Shown here one piece after another: positions 32,140 to 45,802 of a stretch of DNA of 64,000 nucleotides (position 1 is its first letter; the number at the start of each line of letters is the position of its first letter). This stretch comes from the human T2T-CHM13v2.0 reference genome, Homo sapiens. The DNA lies in assembly GCF_009914755.1 (NCBI RefSeq), contig NC_060925.1; one strand, 5' to 3'. Both the position numbers and the translations under genes were made by a program. Below the pieces are notes generated by a model. It saw only the letters and a program-made list of their open reading frames with translations. It ran no database searches and was not told where the DNA came from.

Positions 32140-34169
32140 GTGAGTCATTCATCACTTCTGCCCACTTCAGCTTCCCCCCAACTGTGAACAACTATTAACA
32201 ATTTATTGAATTCTTTTATAAACTTTATTTAGATATATTTCAGTTATGTGACTGTCATAATCAGAAAAATATGCGATTCCTTGTAGGTGAAAAGGTGGCT
32301 TCAAGTTTTGAGTGTTAAGGTAGAAGGAATAAAAGACCTTTCTAATTTTCATATTATCCTGGGTTTAAATTGTACTTACCTAAGTATCCTGAGACAATAG
32401 ATTTGGCTGACAATGGGAAGTGAGGAATCAACTTCTCTTACATTTTCTGAAAAAATGAATACATAATTTTTTCTGGATTAGTTTATATATGAGAAAGCAG
32501 AGAGATGAAATAAACATAAAGTATCTACTTTTCTGGCTATGGAAAAAGATAGCTTTTCCTCTAACACAGTGATGCATGCTTATAGGACTTCTCAATGTTG
32601 ATGCCGTAGTTACAGGACCATATTTTCATAACCAAAAATCAAGTGACTCCATCTCACAAGTAGAAGTATATTTGTGGTGAAAGTGACTGACTCTTTGAAA
32701 TATGGACTGACTCAGAAAATTCAGAACATTTATATACCTTAAAAAATGTATATATATATACACACACATATGCATACACACATACACGTAACTATAGAGA
32801 ATTAATTCCTTTATTGACTTTATCAAATAAGTATACATTTTGAGATTACATGTGAATACAAATAAGTATACATTTTGAGATTATTTGTGTTCACACAAAT
32901 ACACACACACATAATTTTTTCATATGTAAATTTGAAAGGGGACATTTACTATCCCCAAAGAAAACTCCAAAGCAGAAATGCAAAGTGCTGCTGCAGCCAC
33001 ATGCCACCGGTCCCACCTCTCAGCCAGCAGCTACGTGTCTGCTGTTCCAGCCCCTGAGCCCTTTCCACCGTCTGGTCCATGGGAGGCTGTTGTGGGTTAC
33101 CTCGAGACCTGGCAGCAGCTGGCAGCAGAAGGTGACCACACATCTTTGACAGCATCGAGGTGTGTTCTAATCACTGGGAACATATGCATGATTGGGAAGT
33201 GTATTTTTGGTGTGCAGCCTACATCTAGTCTAAATGCTAATTATGAGAATAGCTTTTGCAAGGTTCTTACACCTGATTTGACTTCAGAAAAAAGACTATG
33301 GACCATGCATGTTTCTTAACATGCAAGTTCACTTTTCTTCTCTAGGGATATTTCAGAAGGGAAGGAAAGCTGGCAGGAAAATTGCTATGTAAGTAGGCTT
33401 AAACACCATCACAAAAGGAACAGTAATGACTCTTAGGCTCATGGGAGCCTTAGCTCATGAAGAAACACAAGCAGTCTTCCACAGTAAGAGGAGCCGGGAA
33501 GGGAATAAAGGGACTGATGGTCATAAAGTGATCGAGTCTGACTGGTCTAAGTGGGCTTGCTGCAGAGGAGGGACTGAAAAAGCAGAGAAACAAGAATCTC
33601 ATCCCCAAAGTAGTCAGAAGCTGTCTGTCCCTAGATCAGTTTTGAAAAGTGTTGCAAATTTTTCTGATTCATTGTTTCATTCTGAAAACATTTGTACCAG
33701 AAACTGCTGAGGCGTGGTAGTACTCAGTCTGAGATGATACATAGATCATTTAGAACCCAGTATAATACCGGATACAGGTCATGCTCCGGTAATTTTGTTG
33801 AATGAATGAAAACTTTAATTTACTCTTACCTAATGTTGGTTGATGGTCATTGGTTAATGGTTGTTAGTCAATGTCTGTGTGACAGAATTGGTCAGGGTAC
33901 TTAGAGTTGGCACAAAAAATAATATGCCAAGTCTTCTACTTACACATGCCCAACCCCTCAGGATTTTAAAGCCTATGTATTATTTTACTAATCCACAGTA
34001 CCCTCCCATTTTCTGCTTTTTGTGTTGAATTGTAAATACTGCAAGTCAAACCCATCATATAGCTCTTATTGCTTTGTATACCAAGATTTTCAAGCCCCTG
34101 CGTTTGGCCCTTTAATGTTAAGCAAAATAACCACATTAGCATTTAGTAGATCTGACCAATTTTAGAAGG

Positions 34170-34420
34170 AACATGGTATAGTGTGAAGAAACCAGAGTTG
34201 CTGTTCAGAATGCCTAGTCTGAATTCTGGCTCCTGTTCTGCCACTTATCATTTACATATCCTTGAGCAAGTCACTTAATCATTGAACCTTCCTGAGCCTC
34301 AATTTTCACATCTGTAAAATGAGTTGCTGTAGTAATGCTATAGTGATATTGCAGATTTATGGGATGGTAAATCTGAAGTACCTAGCACAGTGCCTGGCCC
34401 AGAGTGAGTGCTCAGAGGAT
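34170..34420 (+). mobile_element. MIR
   Basis: ctgccactta..ccttgagcaagtcacttaa..gagcctcaattttcacatctgtaaaatg. Confidence 0.8.
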
Positions 34421-34892
34421 GCTAGTTTTACAAAGCCCATCTGTTGGCCTGAATTGTAACAGTGCAGTGTCTCCAAGTGCAGAAGAGAGTGGGGTGGAAT
34501 CGTTCAGTGTGAGTGCCTCACGGACAGAGACTTCATAGCAGCGTGGGACAAGCAGGGGTCTCAGCCTTTGTCACCAAGTATCTTTGTGACTGTGGACAAA
34601 TCATTGTTCCTCTCTGACTTCAGTTTCGTCCTCTAAAAAGTAGAGTCTTAGTTTTCTTCCAGTGCTGAAATTTTAGAGACATGAAGATCACCTACCGAAT
34701 TGTCTCCTAATAGTCTGATTTTCTTTGAGGCCACAAATTTTCAGCCTGTTTGTCTTTCTGTTTGTTTTTCTGTGCATGGTGCCCAGCATGTAAGGGCTCC
34801 CAGTACATATCTGTGGAAAGAATGAGTTTATAGAACAGTACATAAGTTAGGCATGTATAGTCCTCATTTTCAGCCTGCTTGTTCTAAGTTAG

Positions 34893-35279
<387 letters not shown>

Positions 35280-35438
35280 TGATTTGGCTGAGACTTGAAA
35301 GGCAAGGTCTCAGTGCCTTAGCTTTAAGCCCTCAATCCCTCTGCCTCCCTAACAGAGAGAGGGATAGCAGTTAGATTAGATGAATAAGGGCTTCATATTT
35401 ACCACCTCACCTTATGAGATGAGCATTGGATTGATTCC

Positions 35439-35739
<301 letters not shown>

Positions 35740-36138
35740 GATTGATTCTTTTCTTTAAAGACACAGTGATTCAGTGATAGGCTTAAGATCATACAACAAA
35801 GCTGTAGCAGAATTGAGATTAGACTCCAGGTATCTTAACTCCCATGCAAGTGTGCAAACGTCAGTCCTCAGAGTCTTGGGGGTCTTTGGCGTGCCTGGAC
35901 CACTGTATTTAGATGGTAGGTAGGCTACACTAAGGGATGCATCACAATTCTGCTTGTTTATGCATGGAACTGATAAGTAAATTTTGTTTGAACGATAACA
36001 TGGGCAAAAGAAAGGTTTTAAAACCACTACACCAAAACATCTTCCTAATTTGTTAAAAGTCAAAATTTAAAAAAATGATCTCTACCCAGAAAGAAGCTCC
36101 AGCTCATTTTTTTCCTTTCTCCCTTTTTCTTGCTGCAG

Positions 36139-36206
36139 GTTAACTGTAATGGCTTCACAATTGAAGATGAAGAACTTTCTCATTTGGGATCAGCGATATT
36201 TCCTGA
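36139..36206 (+). CDS. SMYD2: SMYD2 exon 6 (VNCNGFTIEDEELSHLGSAIFP+D)
   Basis: Long pyrimidine tract plus ctgcag| acceptor; GA|gtaggc donor; SET-domain sequence; 68 nt. Confidence 0.95.
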
Positions 36207-37438
36207 GTAGGCTGTGTTTGACTTCATTTCTTTCCTTTTTACTTACTTAACACTAATTTGATTTTTTTTTCATTTTTAAATAACCCACCTAACTGCATGT
36301 GGCAGACATGAAACTCAAAGTGAATTAAAACAGCTTTTTAATCTGCCAGATTTCAAAATATTTCCCCTACACTTAAGGATCCAAAGGTAGTAGTTAAGAG
36401 AACAGTTGCTTGTTAAGTCCTGCTAGGCAGAGAGCTGTTATTAAAGAATATTTTATAGCGTGCATAGAAGGAACAGCTCATGCCCTGCTGAGAAATTTGC
36501 TTTCTGCCTATCTGTGGTTCTGGAAATCTTTCCATTTCTTATGCTCAAAGTGAAACATTAATTGCCAACCAAGAATTGGCCACAAGCTTGAGTACAGACT
36601 ATATGAGCTTCTTCTCCATCTGTCCTTTTTGATAAATACCAGTACAGAAACAGCACAATTTGGAGGGAGAATATGCTGAAGTAGTGGGCCGGATAAAAAT
36701 TTCAAAGAACTGTAGGATTTTCTCTGGATTTGAAGAATACTTGAGTAATTCAGCAAAGGCTAGCCAGTTGACAAATGGAGATCTTTATAGATCTGACTTT
36801 AATGGATTGCCAAGAATGATTTTGCCTTTGTCTGTCTCATGGAATGAGTATTTCCAAAATGCTTCAGTCCCTGAAATCAAACCCTTGCTTCACAGATAGA
36901 GCCAAGGAATTCATCATGCATCCCCCCAGCCTCCAAATTAATCCACATTGTAGATAAGTTCTATCCAGAGGGAGGTTGCTTAACATATACTGCAGGGGCC
37001 TTTGCCTGTAGGTTGCCACATAGGTAGGAAACCCTTAATACTCATGCATTTGCCCTGAGTGATGTGCCTGCCCTTAGCTATGTGCGTCTCTGCCAGACGC
37101 TGTGCGTTGTGTAGGTCAGAAAGAGAAGAATCCGTACAGTCTGTGTCTCGTGAGCAGCTGTCACAGGTTTACTTGAACCAGAGAGACTAAAAAGTTTGTT
37201 CATGTAATATTTGTCCTTGGGGCCAAAATGGCATCATCTGCAGTTGGAATTCTGGAAGTGAGGAAAGAAGCTTTTTTTTTTTTTTTTTTTAACTTTGGCC
37301 CCTGGGAAAAGGCAGGAGAAAAAGAGGGCATTGGACCCACTGAAGAAGGCGTGTATTGACACCTTTATAACTGAAATGAACTATGGAATGTCTCTGTTCT
37401 TAATATCTTAAAAGACTAAAAGATTAAGAGTAAGGTGC

Positions 37439-37772
<334 letters not shown>

Positions 37773-39115
37773 TCACCTGTCAGTGGTTGCCAACAGAATT
37801 ATGATACCAAGAACATGCATTGTTTTAGGGTCTTTGACTTAGTGCATTTCCCCCACCTTCATTAAAGAGATACCCGAGTCTGCCTTCAGCTATTTAATAC
37901 TTCCACAAGATGGTTTTAGAAATGTGCTTTTATTTTAATACAACTACCCTTCGATGCATTTGTTTATTTGATTTCCTAGGACCTGATTCCTTGGGCATCA
38001 CTTTCCAGGAAGCCAAGTGGGCCTTGGTGCAGTACAGAGGTGGCCCTCCCCGAGGTCAAGACCAGGAAGCTGCTACCTGTTTATCTCAGGCACCAGGCCA
38101 ACCACATACTTTGCTTAGGCCTTTAGCAGCCAGGAGGTGGGGGAGTGCACTTGGCCATAGGCCATAGCCAGCCTGGGGCAGTTCATCCTCATCAGGCTTC
38201 GAAACCCCTTTCCCTTTTTGTATTCTCGGAGCAAGCAGGAGAGGGGCTGTGGTCTCTGGAGGGTCAGGGAGGTGACATTGGCCACCAGAGCAATGACACA
38301 CATGGCTGTGAGTGCCTGTAGGAGCATGAGCCCCAGTTTCTGGGCAGTTTTAATTGGGGGAAAAAATCCCTTTGGGCTGAAATCATATCAGCATTGTGAT
38401 TTCAAAGGCAGCATTTTCAGAGATCAAGCACTTTTTCCCTGTAGTTTAGAAATTTCTGTTCTCAGAACTTTGACCTTCATATAATCAGAAAGCTCAAAGC
38501 ACCTCGCATAGGCGAATCTCTCTCTCTCCTTCTCGCTGTCCCTGAAAAGCAGACAGTGAGCAGCAGGAGCAGTAATGTCCCAATTTTCCAGATGAGGAAA
38601 TTGAGGTGCAGAGAAACTCAGACGGGTGTCTCCGGGTCTCTCAGGGGATCACACACCCTTCCTCCCTTAGGAAGCTGGCATTTCTCAACATCTGAAAAAA
38701 ACGTGAGAAATAATCCACTAATACAAAAAGCTGCTTGAAAGCGACAACGCACCTGTGTTTGACAGTGTATGGTGAAGTAGCAATTAGCTGTGGGTATTGG
38801 GTTCTGAGAGCTGCATTCTATCAGGGAGGAATATTTGTGGCATTTGTTGTTTTTGCTGTTGTGTGTTTTTTGGTTTTGGCTTAGATAGTACTTGAATTGT
38901 GGATTTCAGTTTTTAATATGGTGAAAGTGTGAGATGGTAGATAGGATTATCAGTGCATGCAGAACAACCTCTTAGAATGTGATAGCCAACTATTAGATTT
39001 TTAAAAAATGTCTTGCAAAGATTCAGTTCCTCTGACTTAGCAAGTAAGTAGTGAAGGCAGCTAAACAGTCTGCCTATCTCATTTTAAAAACTGGGTTTTC
39101 TCTTCTGACTGACAG

Positions 39116-39218
39116 TGTTGCATTGATGAATCATAGCTGTTGCCCCAATGTCATTGTGACCTACAAAGGGACCCTGGCAGAAGTCAGAGCTGTACAGGAA
39201 ATCAAGCCGGGAGAGGAG
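39116..39218 (+). CDS. SMYD2: SMYD2 exon 7 (VALMNHSCCPNVIVTYKGTLAEVRAVQEIKPGEE)
   Basis: gacag| acceptor, |gtgagt donor; SET signature NHSC.PN; 103 nt. Confidence 0.98.
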
Positions 39219-41661
39219 GTGAGTTCATGGCTATGGGTGGCTGCAGCAGGGGGCTTGAGACTGCTCTTTAAAAGGCAATGTGGACAGATCTGTGCAGTGT
39301 CACTTGACAGTATGAGTTGTGAATGCCTCCAGCAGTTTAGCTGAGTCTGCCCTCAGGCTCTCCAGGAGTCAGTGATCAGATTTGTAACCTGTAGTTTAGA
39401 TTCCCACACTTTGGGGCTTCTGTTTGGTACATACATTTCCATCTCTGGTCAAGAAAAACAGGAAGTAATAAATTTGAGTCAAATTTGTCCCAAAGCTTTA
39501 TAGAGATTTACAGAGAAAGAAGACATTTACTACCAAAATGACCACAGTCAAACTTTTGATTATCTTTAGAGTCTCTGTATCCCTATTGCCAAACAACTGA
39601 GCTTGAGCCTTATTTTATTTTATTTTTTTTGGTGAATTCTTGCTTGTTCCCCACCATCCCTCAAAGGTCCAAAGCAAAAGAAAGCAAGCAACGCAGCAGT
39701 AGCTAAAGAGCTGGCACTCCAAGGGACACATCAGAATTTCGTGTTCTATCAGTTCCACATCTGAACTTCAGGTCGCAGTTCACTTTTTAGGAATCTAAAT
39801 CAAAAGTCCAGGTATATGCAGTAATAGGAGAAGTCAAGGCAGTCTGTGGCCAAGGGGCACCTTAGTTTCCCTCCTCAGCTTCAGGACGTGGAGAGAACCA
39901 GCCTTCCCATCACCTGCTCAGCGATTCCCTGTTCCCTTCCCATGTGTGATTCCTGACTACCTCATGAGACGTCTCACCTGGGAAGGGCTGGCCTGATGGA
40001 TTGCTATAGTATGCTCTGTGTTCTTAAGTAAATTCCCAGCAAGACACATGAGTTTTTAGGAACTTGTAATCACACTTGGGTTAATTTCAGTTTAGCAATT
40101 TGTAATGCTATTTTACGGTGCATGCCTGGGTATTTGAAGTGTGAAGTGTAAAATATAACTGTCAGCGTGCTGAATGACAAGTGCTTTGCTTTCTCTGGAA
40201 GGCACTCACTAATCCACAGCTGCACTGGGAGCTGAAGCCCAAGATGCAGGCAGGTTGGCCCTTCTACCTTCAGCTAAATCCATTACGATGAGGGTGTGTC
40301 CCCTTTCGGCCGGGGTGTCTGAGTTTCCAAAGGTCTTATGGAGACTGCTCTGAAGCCTTTCTTGAAACAGATAATTGCAGGCAGTCAGAATGCAGTCACC
40401 CAGGCTCCAGTGCACCTGTGGGCTGACTGCAGAGATGAGCAGGTTGTCACCTAAGCTGGCTCAGTCTGGCTGTGAGCAGTGGTACTGGAGTGGCCTTTGT
40501 CGCCATCTTCTGGAAGCTTCCGCACGTTGCACTGTGAGTCAGTCATTACAGAGATTGTTGGCAGGCTCTTGTGGTGTGAGGCAGGGCAGGGGTGGCTGCA
40601 GTTTCCTTTTGCCCTCATGTTCTCCCAGATCTGAAACGCAGTAACCTCATTTTTGGGAAGTCAGTGCTTTGGGGATTACTTACCCTTCAGAGAAGGAGAA
40701 ACCCCATTCCCCAGGGTTTCGGGGTGAGCTGCAACGTGTCCAGTACCTCCCCATGGGCTGGGGAGAGCTTAGCTGCCCCTGCAGCACCCAGCCCTGTGCG
40801 TGTCCTCCCCTGCCTGCCTGGTGGTGCCCGTGGTCACTGGCACGCTAGCGGCTTCATGAGATCCATCTGTTCAGTCAGACATTTGCCTGATTGTGTGGGA
40901 TGAGTAGCCAGTGCTGTCCCAGTGAGTAGATAATGGACATCTAAATGCTGGTCTCCTCCATATGCTCCAAGCCTTAGTTACAGACCCCATTAGGAAAAGG
41001 CAAGGACGGTGGAGCCCCATGAACCAAAGGTAAGGACTTTCCAAGCTCCCTGCCCTGCAGGATCAGGAGCTGCCCGCTGGGCCAGGCCGCAGCATTCTGG
41101 TGTCCTAGAAGATGTGTTCACCCTCCGCTGGCCACCCAGAGCTGTGGGTCCCAGCCCACTGAATGGAGCCTCTTGCTCCATTGCCAGTTGATGTGAGGAG
41201 AAGGGGAGCTTAGCTGCATGTGTGTGGTGTGTGCGTGCTCATGCCCTCCCCTGCACGCAGCATCCAGTGATGACGGCAACGAAGCATTTGCGCCGTCTCA
41301 GGTGGTGAAACATGAAACTACATGAAGGCCAGGCAGAGGCAGCTGAGGGAGGCAGGGATCCTCTGAACCCTCCAGGACACTGTTTTAAGGACTCCTTGAT
41401 TCTACAGACTCTTTCCACTAACCTGCACCTTGGCTTCAGCTCCCAGTTCAGCTGTGGATTAGTGAACACCTTCCAGAGAAAGCCAACGTCAGGTGGCTGC
41501 TCAGTTCAGGAATTCCGTGCCTTAAAGTAAACAGCGCATTCCTCCGCTGCAGCCCGCCTTATCCTCTGCATGGGCCCTGCAGGTGACTGCAAAGGCACGG
41601 GAATGACAAGGATTGAGTTTACCTGTAGCAGACTGAAGCTTTATCTTTTTGGACCCCGTAG

Positions 41662-41772
41662 GTTTTTACCAGCTATATTGATCTCCTGTACCCAACGGAA
41701 GATAGAAATGACCGGTTAAGAGATTCTTATTTCTTTACCTGTGAGTGCCAGGAGTGTACCACCAAGGACAAG
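41662..41772 (+). CDS. SMYD2: SMYD2 exon 8 (VFTSYIDLLYPTEDRNDRLRDSYFFTCECQECTTKDK)
   Basis: ccgtag| acceptor, |gtaagg donor; contains the conserved SET tyrosine (Y240) and post-SET CxCxxC; 111 nt. Confidence 0.98.
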
Positions 41773-42443
41773 GTAAGGTTGTTCATTGGGCAAGAGCGCT
41801 GACTGCACTCTGATCTCAGGACCTCTCTGCTGAAGAGCTTGTCTGACTTGGCGGATCTCCTCTAGGATCTTTTTGACCCTTTAAACCCTCCTTACAAAGA
41901 CAGCCAAAGGGAATCTAGTTAGACCAGGTCTCTGTTCAGACCTGCTCCTAGTAGCTAAAGAAAACATTTCCATTACACTGTACAAACAGGAGAAAGGTCT
42001 GCCGAACTGCTCTTTCTTGAAAAGAAACAACTGCTCAAAGGAGGAGGGGGGAAAAGCACATGAGTATAATCTCTAGGCTTTCCAACCTGTTCACCAGAAT
42101 ATGTGGAAGTTTCCCTGGCATTTTCCAAATTGTTCCGTCAATGCCATCCTTCCTTATTCTAGTCTCTTGATTCGTAGATGTGTAAACACATATATCTGCC
42201 CATAGCCAACACATTTTAGATAAGGAGTATCTAGAAAATTAATCTTTTTGTTTTGTTTCTGTAAAAAGGTAATGGAGTACTGAATTTCTTCAGATGCATT
42301 GCCTGATTTCCTTTCATTCTTTTGTAACCTTGGAATGGGCCAGTGTCGACCGCTGTGTGGGAATGTGTATTATATGAGAGGTTTCCCTATCAGTGTGGTT
42401 TCCATGGGCGGTAACGCCTTGCCCTTGTGGACGTTTCCTTCAG

Positions 42444-42564
42444 GATAAGGCCAAGGTGGAAATCCGGAAGCTCAGCGATCCCCCAAAGGCAGAAGCCATC
42501 CGAGACATGGTCAGATATGCACGCAACGTCATTGAAGAGTTCCGGAGGGCCAAGCACTATAAAT
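42444..42564 (+). CDS. SMYD2: SMYD2 exon 9 (DKAKVEIRKLSDPPKAEAIRDMVRYARNVIEEFRRAKHYK+S)
   Basis: ccttcag| acceptor; ends at U12 donor |ATATCCTTT; 121 nt. Confidence 0.96.
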
Positions 42565-43511
42565 ATATCCTTTACAACTGCCCTGATAGCTTATTATCCC
42601 TCGCCAACAAGGCAAGGTGGGAAGTTGGAAAGAGGGAGCAGGAGAAGGATGGATTTAAGATTCTGAAAACCAAAGGAGGAATGTCTCCTAGTAAATGTGT
42701 AAAGGCGTACTGACCACCCACAATGTGGTGTCCATCCTGTTGGAGTTGTATGATCTTATTTCCCCTTATTTTGGCTAGTTTGGCTGGGAGCCCCATGTGG
42801 TGGAGGACCATGAAGGACAGAGCCTTGATGGCCTTGTGCTTTGGGTATTTTACTTTGGGCAGGGCACAGTGCCAAGGGCCTTGCTTATTTCAGCTCTCCT
42901 CACTGGCACACTCTGAGCAGGGACTCTGCTCATTCCCATGCAGCAGATGAGGAAACAGCCTGATAGATATTAAGTAATTTGCCCAAAGGACACAGCTGAT
43001 GGTGATAGGATCTAGGATTTTGTCCCAGCTCTATCAGAATCCATATTCTTAACCATTGTATTGTAGCATTTTCTTGGGAGTTGAAAAGGGATTCGATTTG
43101 TACTCTAAAGGGTAGAATTTAAAACCAGTGAGAGGAAATGAGAGAAAGGCACATTGTTTCTCAGCATAAGAAAGAACTTTGCCACAGTGGGAGTCGTGCT
43201 CAGGGTTCCAACTTGGGTGAGGATTTGAATTTGATTAGAATCGTGATTTTAATCAACATTGTTTACATCAGAACTAGGGGTCTGGACCCTGCGGCTAAAA
43301 TTCTTGAGTTGAGCGGTTCCGACCTTCAGGTTTTCTTCATTTGTTTTTTCTGGAGAAATGTAATTCCTTTCACTTTTGCTTGGCTTTCTGTAAGTTACTT
43401 TTTCATGGGGTAAGGGTGAGAGTGGAGTGGACGAAATAACTCCTTGAACCCAGCCTGGGGAAGCCTCCAGGCAGCTTGGGCCCGGTGGCCCTTTCCTTGA
43501 CTCCACAGCAC
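42565..43511 (+). other. SMYD2: SMYD2 intron 9, U12-type AT-AC intron
   Basis: 5' ATATCCTTT (42565-42573), branch site TTCCTTGAC (43493-43501), 3' AC (43510-43511); the junction T|CC CCT AGT GAG gives KHYK-SPSELL in frame. Confidence 0.96.
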
Positions 43512-43686
43512 CCCCTAGTGAGCTGCTGGAGATCTGCGAGCTCAGCCAGGAGAAGATGAGCTCTGTGTTTGAGGACAGTAACGTGTACATGTTGCACATG
43601 ATGTACCAGGCCATGGGTGTCTGCTTGTACATGCAGGACTGGGAAGGAGCCCTGCAATATGGACAGAAAATCATTAAGCCCTACAG
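43512..43686 (+). CDS. SMYD2: SMYD2 exon 10 (PSELLEICELSQEKMSSVFEDSNVYMLHMMYQAMGVCLYMQDWEGALQYGQKIIKPY)
   Basis: Follows AC acceptor; AG|gtgatt donor; TPR-like C-terminal domain; 175 nt. Confidence 0.96.
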
Positions 43687-45693
43687 GTGATTGCAGAGGC
43701 TGTTCTAATCATCCACGGAGTGGAATTTGGTTGTTTAGAATGTATACGATAGTGTCATCTTCCTGCCCATTGCTGAGACTTGCCTAGCGCAGCTGCCTCT
43801 TCTCTGCACCCACATCTGGAGGTGCTGGTGCAGGGCACTGCTCCCGAGTCAGGCCTGTTCTCACCACCATCCCAAGGAGACAGGTTGAGGTTATGCAGCG
43901 GATACTGGGGCAAGATCCCTCCCAGGTCCATCCAGGGCCATATCCATAGTAGTTAACTCAGGCTAGTTTTGAGAAGCCACTAGTTTGCTTCTTTTCCCAC
44001 CCACTGCTTCCAAGTTTAATTACTAAGTGGTGGTCTCAGAAACCCTGGTTTTCATCATTACTCACACCATCCCCTTCTTTTGCTTTTTCAAATTACAGCC
44101 CCAGTTTGCAAATGGGGAAGCTCTGGGACCAGTGGGTTGACCGTGGTTATCTAATCTCCCCACCCCAGGTTTGGAAAAAAGAAACAAAAATTGCTTTTTA
44201 ATTTGTAGTAATAATGAATATTAGCCCTGGAGAGATTTCCTGCCTGAGAGGGTTACTAAACCTAAAAGTGGGTGACAGACGGAAGTTGTGGCTTTGTCCT
44301 CTGACTCGGACTAGACACTTCAGGGCTGAGGTGGCCTAGATGGGATCACTGGAGCTCTTTTTAAAGGCACTGATATTATGCATTTACAGGGTACGTCCAA
44401 CACCAAGTGGGCCAAGTGAATCAGGGTCGCTGGGCATTAGACCCAGAAATCTGTGTTCTGGAAGCATCCCAGGTGTTTCTCAGGAGTTTGAGAAGCCCTC
44501 AGTCTCCTTCCACTTCCGAGATTAGGGTCTGTGAAGGTTGTGTCTGGTCTGAATGTCCACTGCCCACTCCACCCTCTACTTACCCCACTGTGCCCTGATT
44601 AGCCAGCAGGGGGAGCCCAAAGGAAGCCAGCTCTTAAAATCTGCTCTTGGAAACAGAATTTGTTAAATTGGGGATAAACTCAAACCTTCCTTTTCTCCTA
44701 CAGTGTGTGAGGAAGTGCACTGGCCTCATGCGCAGTTCTCTGTGTGAGATCTGTAGGGAGAGAGGAGCAGACAGACAGCATCCCAGCCCTGTGGTTCTCC
44801 CAGCAGGGCCTTGCTCTGCTAGACCCATCTTTATCTGCGTGAGCCCCTCCCGGAAGCCCAGCTCTGGTCTTCTGTGGGGCCGTGGGTCCCAGGGCTGCCT
44901 CCTACCCAGGAATACAGCTAGAACATGTCTTTTTGGACTGACTTTCAGGAGACACAGGGTGGAACAGCCTAGCCTTTAAATAAACACCTCTTACACACAT
45001 GTAAACACACACACTGGCTCACCCACCAGCTGCCTCTGGGCCCTGTTCTTAGGGAAATGGCTGTTTCCCAGGCAGACCCCATCAGTCAGTCTTCAGGTAC
45101 AGCCGGAGAGAACACTTGCTGTATCTAAAGCCCCTGCTGGACAATGGGGAAAGAACATCCAGAAGACACAGGAAGTGTTCTGACTTCAGAGCACTTAACT
45201 GTTTTGCTAAACCAACCCATATCATAGTGTGACAGAAAGCTGGGGTCTTAAGACACATTGGGGTGGGTGGGGGTTGGGTGGGTGGCTGTATGTCTGAGTA
45301 CCTAAGGTGATAGGCCTAATTGCTGCCTTCATAAATGGGACATTTACTTCACAAGCTGTTTTCCCAGGGTCTTCCTCTGGGTATGTCTGAAATATAAAAA
45401 TCTGGACTGGGATTGAAGATTGTGTTTACAAATGCTTTTGAATAGGATTTCTCCTGCAGTTGTTACGTAGCTTTTCAGAAACACACAAACTACAAATAAT
45501 GAACAACATCTGCAATGATTCGGCAGGGTGGCAGCATCCACGCTCTCCACCCAAACCCTGGTGGGATTTGGAGAGGCCGCTGGTGGGCAGAGGTTGGCCC
45601 TAAGCATGGCAGCCTCCGGCTTACTGCACCCAGCCTGTGGGGCGGCTCAGTAGCCGCTGACATGGTGGCCTGTTGTCTCTTCTCTTGTTCTAG

Positions 45694-45802
45694 TAAGCAC
45701 TATCCTTTGTACTCCCTCAACGTGGCCTCCATGTGGTTGAAGCTAGGGAGACTCTACATGGGCCTGGAACACAAAGCCGCAGGGGAGAAAGCCCTGAAGA
45801 AG
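45694..45802 (+). CDS. SMYD2: SMYD2 exon 11 (KHYPLYSLNVASMWLKLGRLYMGLEHKAAGEKALKK)
   Basis: gttctag| acceptor, |gtatgt donor; 109 nt. Confidence 0.97.

Noticed and set aside
43249-43674. 141-aa minus-strand ORF overlapping exon 10 and the U12 acceptor
   Set aside because: Antisense shadow of a coding exon; no recognisable domain or promoter evidence
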